Source of the DNA: Alphaproteobacteria bacterium
GTDB lineage: Bacteria; Pseudomonadota; Alphaproteobacteria; Rs-D84
Assembly (NCBI GenBank): GCA_017502865.1
Contig: JAFVUD010000005.1
Coordinates: 144,007-208,006 of the forward strand
Direction of reading: 5' to 3'
Length of the DNA stretch: 64,000 bases
Positions 19,016 to 28,197 of this stretch are shown here, piece by piece. A program made the position numbers and the translations under genes. The first letter of the stretch is position 1. The number at the start of each line of letters is the position of its first letter. The notes under the pieces were generated by a model. The model made no database searches and was not told where the DNA came from. It worked only from the letters and a program-made list of their open reading frames with translations.

Positions 19016-19294
19016 TTAACGTCCTTTTATTTTACCCTGCATCCTCTCGTAAAACTTAATTGCATTATCCAGTGCCTTTTCCTGACTAACCAACCCCAGT
19101 TTTTCTTCATCATACCCAAACAAATGCGACTGGGTTCCATGATACTTGTACCGTACACGCACCGTATATCCCAACAACACATGTCCTTTGTCACGATATG
19201 TACGATATTCTGGCCGTGGGAATGCCACAGACACCGGTGTCCAATCAAACGCCTGTTTTATCTTTGTACACAATGCCTTGAACGAAAAATCCAT
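19016..19294 (-). CDS. hypothetical protein, tandem paralog B (GYTVxVRYKYHGT motif)
   Basis: 92-aa ORF, paralogous to 18733-19014. Confidence 0.55.
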   Translation of the reverse strand: MDFSFKALCTKIKQAFDWTPVSVAFPRPEYRTYRDKGHVLLGYTVRVRYKYHGTQSHLFGYDEEKLGLVSQEKALDNAIKFYERMQGKIKGR

Positions 19295-19297
19295 ATT

Positions 19298-19831
19298 TTA
19301 ATTACCCTGTGGTTTCATACCTGGCATACCACCCTGCTGTTGCATACGCGCCATCACTGCTTCCATTCCCCCCATACGCTGAATCATAGCCATCTGTTGT
19401 TTCATTTTTGTGTACTGTTTAATCATGTGTTCAACATCACGTACCGTACATTTCGCAGTTTCCGCAATACGTGCCTTGGCATTTGCGAAAATCTTTTCTG
19501 GTTCTGCACGTTCAGCAGGTGTCATTGCTTCCAGAATTTTAATCTGGGCATCAACACTGCCATCTTTAATCTTTTCTTTCATTGCAGATACCGCACCACT
19601 CATACCCGGCACCATTTTCAACAGACCGCTAAAATTGCTCATTTTCTTAATCTGCTTTAACTGGGCCAACATATCATTCATATCGAATTGCCCCGCCATC
19701 ATACGTGCTGCTGTTTCTTTCATGCCACTGGGCATTTTATCTACACCCAATTCTTTTTCAGCCGCCTTGACATCTGCATCTGTAAAATTTTCTACTACTT
19801 TTTTTTCTTTCTTTTTACCAAAACCAAACAT
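19298..19831 (-). CDS. stand-alone SRP54/Ffh M-domain-like protein (no NG GTPase domain)
   Basis: 177 aa. GQFDMNDMLAQLKQIKKMSNFSGLLKMVPGMSG...EAMTPAERAEPEKI...ARIAETAKCTVRDVEHMIKQYTKMKQ plus a Met-rich tail matches the Ffh M domain. Only 39 nt separate it from the uvrA stop. Confidence 0.7.
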   Translation of the reverse strand: MFGFGKKKEKKVVENFTDADVKAAEKELGVDKMPSGMKETAARMMAGQFDMNDMLAQLKQIKKMSNFSGLLKMVPGMSGAVSAMKEKIKDGSVDAQIKILEAMTPAERAEPEKIFANAKARIAETAKCTVRDVEHMIKQYTKMKQQMAMIQRMGGMEAVMARMQQQGGMPGMKPQGN

Positions 19832-19870
19832 TTCTACTCCTTTTACCTTGTTTATTTTAATTGCTTTTCC

Positions 19871-22711
19871 CTATTTGTCCAGATACTTCTGCAAATATTT
19901 TCCTGTCTTAGACTGGGGAACCTTGACCACATCTTCCGGGGTCCCTGTGGCAATAACCTGGCCACCGCCGGCACCACCGGTCGGCCCCAAATCCACAATC
20001 CAGTCCGCTGTTTTAATCACTTCCAGATTATGTTCAATAACAATAACTGTGTTTCCTTGGTCAACCAATTCATGCAACACCGACAACAGCAATTTAATAT
20101 CTTCGAAATGCAAGCCCGTGGTTGGTTCGTCCAGAATATAAATCGTCTGCCCCGTACTGCGTGCCGCCAATTCTTTGGATAATTTGATACGTTGGGCTTC
20201 CCCACCAGACAAATCCAGCGAACTTTGCCCCAATTTGATGTAATCCAGCCCCACACGCTTTAACAGTTCCAATTTGCGTGCTATTTTTGGCACATTTACA
20301 AAGAATCTATATGCTTCTTCAACCGTCATATTCAAAACATCGGCAATAGATTTACCCTTGTACTTTACCGCCAACGTTTCTTCGTTATAACGCGTCCCGT
20401 GACAACAATCACATTCCACATACACATCGGCCAAGAAATTCATTTCAATCTTAATCTGGCCATCACCCTGGCACGCTTCGCATCGCCCACCCTTGACATT
20501 GAACGAAAATCTGCCCGGCCCGTACCCACGTGCCTTGGCTTCGGGCAATCCTGCAAAGAAATCACGAATATCACCGAATACACCGGTATAGGTCGCCGGA
20601 TTACTGCGTGGACTGCGTCCAATTGGCGATTGGTCAATATCAACAACCTTGTCCACATTTTCCATACCACGAATAATATCATGGGCACCTGTTTCAATCT
20701 TGGAATTATACAGTGCACGCATCAATGCCGGATACAACGTATCCAACAACAACGTTGATTTTCCAGACCCCGACACACCTGTCAACGCAACAAATTTCCC
20801 CAACGGAAATTCAACCGTCACATTTTTCAGGTTATTTTCACGTGCCCCCGAAACCACAATCGATTTACCATTGCCCTTGCGACGTGTTTTAGGAACGGCT
20901 ATCTTACGCTTTCCTGACAAATACAGTCCGGTCAAAGAATCTTTATTTTTAATAACCTGGGCGGGTGTACCATGTGCAACAACATTGCCTCCATTTATCC
21001 CGGCACCACGACCAATATCAACCAGATAATCCGCCGCACGCATTGCATCTTCGTCATGTTCAACAACAATAACTGTATTATCTTTGTCACGCAGCATTTT
21101 CAACGTTTCCAGCAATTTATCATTATCTGCCTGGTGCAGACCAATGGACGGTTCATCCAACACATACAGAACGCCCGACAAACCACTGCCAATCTGTGAT
21201 GCCAATCTAATACGCTGGGCTTCACCCCCCGACAACGTTCCCGCCATACGTGACATTGTCAAATACCCCAACCCCACATTTTGCAGGAAATACAATCTGT
21301 CCGTAATTTCACGCAGAACAATCCGTGCAATATCGTTATCTTTCTGGGACAAATGATTTGGCAAATCACGGAACCATTCCAAACAATCATCCACAGACAT
21401 ATCGCACACGTCCATAATATCCGCACCGTTTATTTTAACGCATAATGCATGAATATTTAAACGCTTGCCATGACAAATCGGGCATGGCTTTTCTGCCTGA
21501 TATTTGGCTAATTCGTTGCGTACCGCTTCGGAATCAGATTCACGCCACCGTCTTTCCAGATTTGGAATCACACCCTCGAACGGTTTTTCATATACAAAAC
21601 CATTCCAGTTAATTTTAACGGCTTCATCACCACTGCCATACAGAATCAAATCTTTCTGTTCCTGGGTCAACGTATGCCATGGTTTTCCCAATGGAATTTT
21701 GAACTTTTTATGCAACGCATCTAACAAGTGTTCAAATTGGCTTAACATACCACCACGTGACCATGGTGCAATCGCACCACCCAAAATCGTCTTAGACGGA
21801 TCCGGCACCACCAAATCTGGCGACATATTTAACTGAACACCCAAACCATCACAGGTTTGACACGCCCCCATTGGTGCGTTAAACGAAAACAAACGTGGTT
21901 CAATCTTTGGCACTGTAAAACCACTGACGGGACATGCATAGTTCTGGGAATACAAAATATCTTCGTTGGTGTCCAATCTGCGAACCAGAACCGCACCCGG
22001 CACCAATCGCAACGAACCTTCGAACGAAGAATACATACGTGAACGCATTTCTTCGTCATCTGCAACATCTGGAATTGCCAAACGATCAACAATCACAAAA
22101 ATATTATGCTTTTTATTTTTATCCAATGGCTGTACCGCCGATAAATCAACCAACTCATCATCTATTATCGCACGTTGATAGCCCTGCTTAATCAAGAACG
22201 CAATTTCCTTGCGATATTCACCTTTGCGTTCACGAACCAGTGGGGCCATAATAAAAATCTTGGTCCCAGATGGAATTTTCATTGTCCAATCGACCATTTC
22301 TGCAATAGTCTGTGATTTAATTGGCAACCCGGTTACAGGCGAATGTGGCACCCCAATACGTGCCCACAACAAACGTAAATAATCATAAATTTCTGTAACT
22401 GTACCAACCGTAGAACGTGGATTTTTCGACGTAGTCTTTTGCTCTATTGAAATTGCTGGTGCCAAACCTTCGATTAAATCAACATCTGGCTTTTTCTGCA
22501 TATCTAAAAATTGGCGTGCATAACTGGACAACGATTCCACATATCTGCGCTGGCCTTCGGCATAAATGGTATTAAATGCCAACGACGATTTTCCAGAACC
22601 AGATACGCCTGTAAAGACCACCAATTTATTTTTTGGTATGTCCAAATCAATATTCTTAAGATTATTTTCGCGTGCACCACGAATTTTAATTATGCTTGCC
22701 ATAGTACCCAT
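19871..22711 (-). CDS. uvrA: excinuclease ABC subunit A
   Basis: 946 aa. N-terminus [19 protein letters not shown], two ABC ATPase modules ([31 protein letters not shown] twice) and zinc-finger Cys clusters. Confidence 0.95.
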   Translation of the reverse strand: MGTMASIIKIRGARENNLKNIDLDIPKNKLVVFTGVSGSGKSSLAFNTIYAEGQRRYVESLSSYARQFLDMQKKPDVDLIEGLAPAISIEQKTTSKNPRSTVGTVTEIYDYLRLLWARIGVPHSPVTGLPIKSQTIAEMVDWTMKIPSGTKIFIMAPLVRERKGEYRKEIAFLIKQGYQRAIIDDELVDLSAVQPLDKNKKHNIFVIVDRLAIPDVADDEEMRSRMYSSFEGSLRLVPGAVLVRRLDTNEDILYSQNYACPVSGFTVPKIEPRLFSFNAPMGACQTCDGLGVQLNMSPDLVVPDPSKTILGGAIAPWSRGGMLSQFEHLLDALHKKFKIPLGKPWHTLTQEQKDLILYGSGDEAVKINWNGFVYEKPFEGVIPNLERRWRESDSEAVRNELAKYQAEKPCPICHGKRLNIHALCVKINGADIMDVCDMSVDDCLEWFRDLPNHLSQKDNDIARIVLREITDRLYFLQNVGLGYLTMSRMAGTLSGGEAQRIRLASQIGSGLSGVLYVLDEPSIGLHQADNDKLLETLKMLRDKDNTVIVVEHDEDAMRAADYLVDIGRGAGINGGNVVAHGTPAQVIKNKDSLTGLYLSGKRKIAVPKTRRKGNGKSIVVSGARENNLKNVTVEFPLGKFVALTGVSGSGKSTLLLDTLYPALMRALYNSKIETGAHDIIRGMENVDKVVDIDQSPIGRSPRSNPATYTGVFGDIRDFFAGLPEAKARGYGPGRFSFNVKGGRCEACQGDGQIKIEMNFLADVYVECDCCHGTRYNEETLAVKYKGKSIADVLNMTVEEAYRFFVNVPKIARKLELLKRVGLDYIKLGQSSLDLSGGEAQRIKLSKELAARSTGQTIYILDEPTTGLHFEDIKLLLSVLHELVDQGNTVIVIEHNLEVIKTADWIVDLGPTGGAGGGQVIATGTPEDVVKVPQSKTGKYLQKYLDK

Positions 22712-22780
22712 AAATATAGTGGAAATAATGAATTTTTCAATAACAAAGGGCGAATATTTTTCGCCCCTGTGTAAAGTTTC

Positions 22781-23638
22781 TTATTTGCTGGCAACCAGAC
22801 TTTCTGGCGACAACGAAATACCGGACTTTCTGGTATGATCCGGCCCCGCATCTGGCACCTGAACACCATCAACCCAGATATCTATACCGCCCGCATTACC
22901 AAATGTAGCCTTGTACTTATCACCATTTGGCACATAGTACACATCACCTGGTACCAATACACGACTGAACACTGTGTTGCCACGACCGTCTTCAACCTTG
23001 ACCCATGATTCCTGGGCAGCCTGCAAAATAACCTTGGCAGATTCACGATTTTCTGTACCAAATCTTTCACGAACCGCTGTTGTGTACGCAGGTTCAGCAA
23101 CCTGGACAACCGGTGCTGCAACCGCAGTCGGCGCCAATTCTTTAACCTCTTTTTCGGTTGCACCAATCAAAACAATACCCACAACCAACAAAATAACCGC
23201 AACCAGCGCACCTACAAACCAAATCCAGTTTCTGGCAACAAATTTCCATGCACTTTCCATTGTTTTCTGGAAATGTTTTTCTTCTTTGATGCTTGGCATT
23301 GCACATGTTGGGCCTTCTTCATCGGCAACATCAGCCGTTGATGTACATGCACCATTTACCATGCCCAATTCTTGTTTAATTTTCAGCACGATTTCATCTG
23401 GATTCAGCCCCAGTTCCATCGCATAATTGCGTGCAAAACCCAAAATATAAATAGTTTCCGGGATAATGGTATAATTACCTTCTTCCAGCGCAGTCAAAAA
23501 TTCTTCACGAATGCACAACTGTTTTGCAATCGTTGAAATTTCACGTTTACGACGACCGGTTGTACGTGCCTGACGCAACATTTCACCCACTGTCAGTTCT
23601 GCTTTTACTTCCTGTTCTACTACAATATCTTCTGTCAT
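22781..23638 (-). CDS. RodZ-like cytoskeleton protein (HTH + TM + DUF4115-like C-terminus)
   Basis: N-terminal HTH (GEMLRQAR...IAKQLCIREEFLTALEEGNY), a central TM helix (WIWFVGALVAVILLVVGIVLI), and a C-terminal beta-rich domain (WVKVEDGRGNTVFSRVLVPGDVY). Confidence 0.7.
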   Translation of the reverse strand: MTEDIVVEQEVKAELTVGEMLRQARTTGRRKREISTIAKQLCIREEFLTALEEGNYTIIPETIYILGFARNYAMELGLNPDEIVLKIKQELGMVNGACTSTADVADEEGPTCAMPSIKEEKHFQKTMESAWKFVARNWIWFVGALVAVILLVVGIVLIGATEKEVKELAPTAVAAPVVQVAEPAYTTAVRERFGTENRESAKVILQAAQESWVKVEDGRGNTVFSRVLVPGDVYYVPNGDKYKATFGNAGGIDIWVDGVQVPDAGPDHTRKSGISLSPESLVASK

Positions 23639-23665
23639 ATTAAACCATCCATTCCTGTTAAATTT

Positions 23666-24607
23666 TTAACAATGATAATCCCAAAATTCTCTAATTGCAA
23701 CCTTCAATGTTTCTGCATCTGTAATCTGGTTTACCCTGATACGAAATTCAGACGAATTTTTCATGCCTGCACTGTACCACGCCGCATGCTTTCTAAACAT
23801 AGGCACCGCCGTCTTTTCCCCATAATATTCCAACGCATATTCCAAATGTTGCAACGCCACCGCCGCAACATTAACCGGCACATCCATGCCACACATTTGC
23901 GATATAATCCATGGTTGCCCCAACAATCCACGCCCAACCATCGCACCCGCAAAGCCCATATTTAACACACGTTCAACATCATCTGCGTTTTTTATATCAC
24001 CATTGGCAATGATTGGAATCGGTGCATCTGTCACATCTGGCAACACCGCCGGTCCAACATACAACTGGGCACGGGTTCGACCATGCAACGCGGCAAACTT
24101 TACCCCACTGTCCGCCGCAATATTTATCAAATCACGCCAATCTTTGTGCTCTTCGTCCCACCCCAGACGTGTTTTAATCGATACAGGAATCTTAACTGCA
24201 CGCACAACCGCATCCATAATCTTGCCCGCCAACACATGATCACGCATTAAAAATGCACCCGCACCGGCCCGTGTTGCAACCTTAGGCACCGGACATCCCA
24301 TATTTATATCAATCCAACGGGCACCTTGGCCTTCCAGTATCTTGGCGGCTTCGGCCATTAATTTTACATTTGCCCCAAAAATTTGTGCACCAACGGCACC
24401 TTCATCATCATACCTGTCGAAATTACGCAGACAATTTTTATGTGCCCCCACAATCGAATGGCACGAAATCATTTCCGTCACCATCGGGGCATCTGGGGCA
24501 AATTGACGCACAATACGACGAAACGGGCGATCAGTGATGCCCGCCAAAGGTGCTGCAAAAATTTGTTTCTGACTAAACATTTCAAATATTTTGTGATATA
24601 ATGCCAT
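23666..24607 (-). CDS. dus: tRNA-dihydrouridine synthase
   Basis: FAAPLAGITDRPFRRI...DINMGCPVPKV...GAGAFLM...HGRTRAQ, the Dus family signature. Confidence 0.85.
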   Translation of the reverse strand: MALYHKIFEMFSQKQIFAAPLAGITDRPFRRIVRQFAPDAPMVTEMISCHSIVGAHKNCLRNFDRYDDEGAVGAQIFGANVKLMAEAAKILEGQGARWIDINMGCPVPKVATRAGAGAFLMRDHVLAGKIMDAVVRAVKIPVSIKTRLGWDEEHKDWRDLINIAADSGVKFAALHGRTRAQLYVGPAVLPDVTDAPIPIIANGDIKNADDVERVLNMGFAGAMVGRGLLGQPWIISQMCGMDVPVNVAAVALQHLEYALEYYGEKTAVPMFRKHAAWYSAGMKNSSEFRIRVNQITDAETLKVAIREFWDYHC

Positions 24608-24936
24608 TCATGAAAGAAAAAATCAAAAATTTATTTAGTTTTATTGGTCGTGCTTGGTCGGGCAGCCTGCGTGGCAAAGCCGGCGTTATCGCCCTGATGA
24701 TGGCATTAATTATTTTTGTACGCATGTTTATGGGCGAACGCAACGTGCAATCATTTGTATTGAACATATGGCGTCTAAATGGGGAACAGGCAACGTTAAC
24801 CATGGAAACAGACCGATTAAACGACCTGAACCGGCATATCGAATTATTAAAAGGATACAGCCCCGATTACGTTTCCGAAATGGGGCTGAAATACCTGAAT
24901 ATTGGCGATTCTAATTACAAAATTTTGAAATTTTAA
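24601..24936 (+). CDS. septum formation initiator (FtsB/DivIC-like)
   Basis: 111 aa with a single TM helix (GVIALMMALIIFV), a short coiled coil, and ...YSPDYVSEMGLKYLN. An alternative start exists at 24610. Confidence 0.55.
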   Translation: MPFMKEKIKNLFSFIGRAWSGSLRGKAGVIALMMALIIFVRMFMGERNVQSFVLNIWRLNGEQATLTMETDRLNDLNRHIELLKGYSPDYVSEMGLKYLNIGDSNYKILKF

Positions 24937-25406
24937 TTCAAAAAGGCAATCGTTCCATTCAAATACATTGCAAAGCACAACCATGCAATATATGGCCATA
25001 CCAGATAGAACGCACCTTTGCTGATTGGTTTGAATGCACACGCCATCCATACCGACACCACAATCAATGCCAACAGTATGACCAATGCAACCCCAGTCAA
25101 ATGCAAACCAAAGAACAAATATGTCCACAATGCATTCAAAATCATTTGAACCACAAACAGAACATACGCCTTGGTCTTGCTAAGTCTTGTTTTTTCATTA
25201 TTCATAATCAAGAATAACGCGATACCCAACAACGTGTACAGTATTGTCCACGCCATTCCAAACACCCACCCATCTGGGGTCAGCACTGAATTATTCAGTG
25301 CATTATACCACGCATCATTACCGTGACTGGGCGTAAACATAACCCCGATAATACCGGGAATAAAAGAAATAAAAATCGCCAACAAAAATTTGAAAAACTT
25401 TTTCAT
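24933..25406 (-). CDS. tspO: TspO/MBR family tryptophan-rich sensory protein
   Basis: Five predicted TM segments and Trp-rich motifs (WYNALN..P.GWVFGMAWTILY...NALWTYLFFG). Start taken at the ATG at 25406. Confidence 0.8.
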   Translation of the reverse strand: MKKFFKFLLAIFISFIPGIIGVMFTPSHGNDAWYNALNNSVLTPDGWVFGMAWTILYTLLGIALFLIMNNEKTRLSKTKAYVLFVVQMILNALWTYLFFGLHLTGVALVILLALIVVSVWMACAFKPISKGAFYLVWPYIAWLCFAMYLNGTIAFLN

Positions 25407-25483
25407 ATTCTCTCTCCTTGTACTCCACAACCACTATACCACGCCCAAAACCAAATCCCCACAGGAACGATTTCGCAGCCGCC

Positions 25484-25512
25484 TTGACTTTATTGGTATT
25501 TTTTCCCATAAT
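25484..25512 (+). promoter_or_regulatory. sigma70-like promoter for CDS 25542-25994
   Basis: TTGACT (25484-25489), 17-nt spacer, CATAAT (25507-25512). A GGAG RBS precedes the ATG. Confidence 0.5.
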
Positions 25513-25541
25513 TCTTATGGTTAGAACGGAGAAAAAAGACT

Positions 25542-25994
25542 ATGAACGAAACAACAAAAACCAAAGAACAGGCATTCCTGCGCACAGTCGGCAAAAACCC
25601 ATCTGTTTTCCAATACACACGTTTTGCCGCGGGCACACCATACATCACATCATTTGACCAAAATGGTCGCCGCAGTGCCCGCCATGTCAGCCACGACGAA
25701 GTTATCGTTGCATCAAAACTGTCCACCCAGTTGAACCAACCGGTTTTAACATATGACAACGGTGTTTATTGCTGGTCATGGGGCCCAGACGTTGTATTTT
25801 TGTTTGTTGAACCCGAACTGGCCCATGCACTGATGCCAAACCGCAAACCAATTACAACAGAATTTGTACCTATGGCAAACGGTGAAACATATCTGGGTTC
25901 GCCATCTTTAAGCCACCTGCGTCGTATTTCATACGATTACCAGAAACGAAAAATCACACAACAAACACAACAGGTATTACAGCACACCAAATAA
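25542..25994 (+). CDS. hypothetical protein
   Basis: 150-aa ORF with a good upstream sigma70-like promoter, a GGAG RBS and a downstream hairpin terminator. No motif recognised. Confidence 0.5.
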   Translation: MNETTKTKEQAFLRTVGKNPSVFQYTRFAAGTPYITSFDQNGRRSARHVSHDEVIVASKLSTQLNQPVLTYDNGVYCWSWGPDVVFLFVEPELAHALMPNRKPITTEFVPMANGETYLGSPSLSHLRRISYDYQKRKITQQTQQVLQHTK

Positions 25995-25998
25995 CAAT

Positions 25999-26027
25999 AA
26001 AATCCCCAAATTGGGGATTTTATTTTT
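25999..26027. terminator. bidirectional terminator
   Basis: AAAATCCCC-AAATT-GGGGATTTTATTTTTT. Confidence 0.75.
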
Positions 26028-26604
26028 TGTTTTCATAAATAAATAACTTATGCGGATATTTCAGCGGTCCATATCGTGTAAATCCATGTTTCAAATCAAC
26101 AACATAATCCGCCCCACCATCTGTCAACGAAACATCTAACAAAATCAGCACCCGAAATTTATCCATATACGGTTTTAATTTATCATTAATCCCTGGCCCC
26201 ATATACGCCACCGCCACATCAAACACACCATCATATTCCCCCAGAAATTCAAACGCATCACATTTAATTGTCTTAACACGTCGTGCAAACGTAAAAAAAT
26301 CCGCAACACGTGCAACAAAATATGTAAACGGCATATTTTCCAGTGCAACAACATTTGCCCCTGTACGCCGTGCAATCGCACGTGCCATACCGCCATATCC
26401 CGAACCAATTTCACAGATATTTTTTGCGTTTGGATATCTTGATGCAATTTCACGTACCACCGCACGTCGCAATGTACGATCACTGGCCACAAATGGCACC
26501 TGCTTTTTTTGATATGCACACCGTGCATATTCCATACACCGTACAATCCAGTATATTTCCAGCACTGCAATAAATACCGTAAAACAAACCAAAAATATTT
26601 TCAT
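26020..26604 (-). CDS. class I SAM-dependent methyltransferase with N-terminal TM helix
   Basis: Motif I ICEIGSGYGGMARAIA followed by VVALE. 194 aa. Confidence 0.6.
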   Translation of the reverse strand: MKIFLVCFTVFIAVLEIYWIVRCMEYARCAYQKKQVPFVASDRTLRRAVVREIASRYPNAKNICEIGSGYGGMARAIARRTGANVVALENMPFTYFVARVADFFTFARRVKTIKCDAFEFLGEYDGVFDVAVAYMGPGINDKLKPYMDKFRVLILLDVSLTDGGADYVVDLKHGFTRYGPLKYPHKLFIYENKK

Positions 26605-26613
26605 TTATCCCAC

Positions 26614-26683
26614 CATCCCCCAACACATTTAATTAAACCCAACACGATGTGTTGGGTGAAACTTTGGCACGCCCTGGGGGATT
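26614..26683. repeat. 70-bp perfect direct repeat, copy 1 (duplicate of tRNA-Arg 3' end plus its downstream hairpin)
   Basis: Identical to 26743-26812. Contains TGGCACGCCCTGGGGGATT (the last 19 nt of tRNA-Arg) and the CCCAACAC..GTGTTGGG hairpin. Confidence 0.9.
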
Positions 26684-26742
26684 GTAATTCCCACCGCAAT
26701 TGCGGCGGGCCCCTTTCGCCGTTGGCCCGAACCCTGGGTTCT

Positions 26743-26812
26743 CATCCCCCAACACATTTAATTAAACCCAACACGATGTGTTGGGTGAAACTTTGGCACG
26801 CCCTGGGGGATT
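26743..26812. repeat. 70-bp perfect direct repeat, copy 2 (overlaps the genuine tRNA-Arg 3' end)
   Basis: Identical to 26614-26683. Period 129 bp. Confidence 0.9.
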
Positions 26813-26870
26813 CGAACCCTCGACCTGCAGATTAGAAATCTGATGCTCTATCCAGCTGAGCTAAGGGCGC
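26794..26870 (-). tRNA. tRNA-Arg (anticodon UCU)
   Basis: The reverse complement GCGCCCTTAGCTCAGCTGGATAGAGCATCAGATTTCTAATCTGCAGGTCGAGGGTTCGAATCCCCCAGGGCGTGCCA folds as a cloverleaf. The anticodon loop is TTTCTAA, and a GGTTCGAATCC T-arm and encoded CCA are present. Confidence 0.9.
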
Positions 26871-26920
26871 ACTGCTGATAATCTTACACCAAAAAACTTG
26901 AAATTTCAAGCCCCACACAC

Positions 26921-26950
26921 ATAAAAAACAAAACCGCCCGAATGGGCGGT
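26921..26950 (-). terminator. terminator after the HdeD-like gene
   Basis: ACCGCCC-GAAT-GGGCGGT with a T-run on the minus strand. Confidence 0.7.
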
Positions 26951-26954
26951 ATTT

Positions 26955-27566
26955 TTAATCATCAACTGCTTCTTTTAATTTATGCAATTCAATAACCATA
27001 TAAACATCTGCCGCGGCATACAGTAACAATGTCATCGCCAGATAATATACCACTGCAACCGCCCCTGCCATTGGCCAGAACAGCAACATTACCGCCATAA
27101 CACACAGCACAATCGCCAACACCAAATCAATCAACCAGTGTCCAAAACGTGCACGTGTCATATGTATTGCAAATATCAGTGATTTAATCGCCTTGGCCAA
27201 GAATAATGCCAGGAATATATACAACAATGTTATCATTGACCCCGATGGAAATACACACAGCAACACACCCAACGCAACATTGACCAAACCAAATGTAATA
27301 TCCATTCCGCCAATGCCATATTTATGCGACATAATAAAACCTGAAATCGTACGCCACAATCCAACCAGTATCAACCCAACACCAATAACCAATACCAGTG
27401 TTGCAAACACCGCCAACGGCTTAAATGCCATAAACAGTGCAATCACACCAAACAACAACGCTTCACCAATCAACATTGGCGCACTTTTTTCATACAGACG
27501 TTCAACCGCATCTTCGACCATTTCATGATGTGCCGCTGCAACTTTTTTATTTTGTTTTTTTGCCAT
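26955..27566 (-). CDS. HdeD/DUF308-like multi-pass membrane protein
   Basis: About 200 aa with six hydrophobic helices in repeated pairs. Start taken at the ATG at 27566 (MAKKQNKK). Confidence 0.5.
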   Translation of the reverse strand: MAKKQNKKVAAAHHEMVEDAVERLYEKSAPMLIGEALLFGVIALFMAFKPLAVFATLVLVIGVGLILVGLWRTISGFIMSHKYGIGGMDITFGLVNVALGVLLCVFPSGSMITLLYIFLALFLAKAIKSLIFAIHMTRARFGHWLIDLVLAIVLCVMAVMLLFWPMAGAVAVVYYLAMTLLLYAAADVYMVIELHKLKEAVDD

Positions 27567-27641
27567 GAAATCCCCCCTTTGGATTAAATTCATTATAATA
27601 TATAATAATATACATTAATCACAATTTCAAGACGAACAAAA

Positions 27642-28049
27642 TCAGTTTTCATCACTATCAATTACACGTTCAATCAAATCAATCAACACATCGAAATCTG
27701 CACGTCCCAAACGTGATTTAATTTGCGACAAAAAATCATCTCTTTCAGCCCGGAATTTATCGAATAACGCACGTCCACGTTTGGTTGGCATAACATAAAA
27801 ACTGCGACCATCTTCGGGCGACGGAATCTTGGCCACAAAACCCTGGGATATCAGGGAATTTATCAATGTTGTCACCATTGGCTTTGACACCCCCAGCATA
27901 TCCGCCAACAGAACCGGTGTATGCGGTCCAACCGTTGAACAAATAATTTTCATCACATTCATTTCACTGTTGCGAATCGGAAAATTCGCACCAATTTCTT
28001 CATACATACGGCAAAAATCCGCCAATATCGCACCCGCATCACGTCGCAT
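27642..28049 (-). CDS. MarR family transcriptional regulator
   Basis: 135 aa with a winged-HTH pattern (LADMLGVSKPMVTTLINSLISQGFVAKIPSPEDGRS). Confidence 0.8.
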   Translation of the reverse strand: MRRDAGAILADFCRMYEEIGANFPIRNSEMNVMKIICSTVGPHTPVLLADMLGVSKPMVTTLINSLISQGFVAKIPSPEDGRSFYVMPTKRGRALFDKFRAERDDFLSQIKSRLGRADFDVLIDLIERVIDSDEN

Positions 28050-28080
28050 AATATTTCCTTGATTGTTTTTTAGTTAAACA

Positions 28081-28103
28081 CAGTTAACTATATTAGTTAA
28101 CTA
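28081..28103. promoter_or_regulatory. two copies of palindrome [CT]AGTTAACTA in the marR / secreted-protein divergent region (candidate MarR operator)
   Basis: CAGTTAACTA at 28081-28090 and the perfect palindrome TAGTTAACTA at 28094-28103. Extra AGTTAA/TTAACTA half sites lie at 28072 and 28107. Confidence 0.45.
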
Positions 28104-28197
28104 ACCTTAACTATGTCAATATAAAATATTCCCCCACCCGGTTTGCTTGGGACGCAAATCCATGATATAATTATCAAAGAATAAAAATATGTAAATC

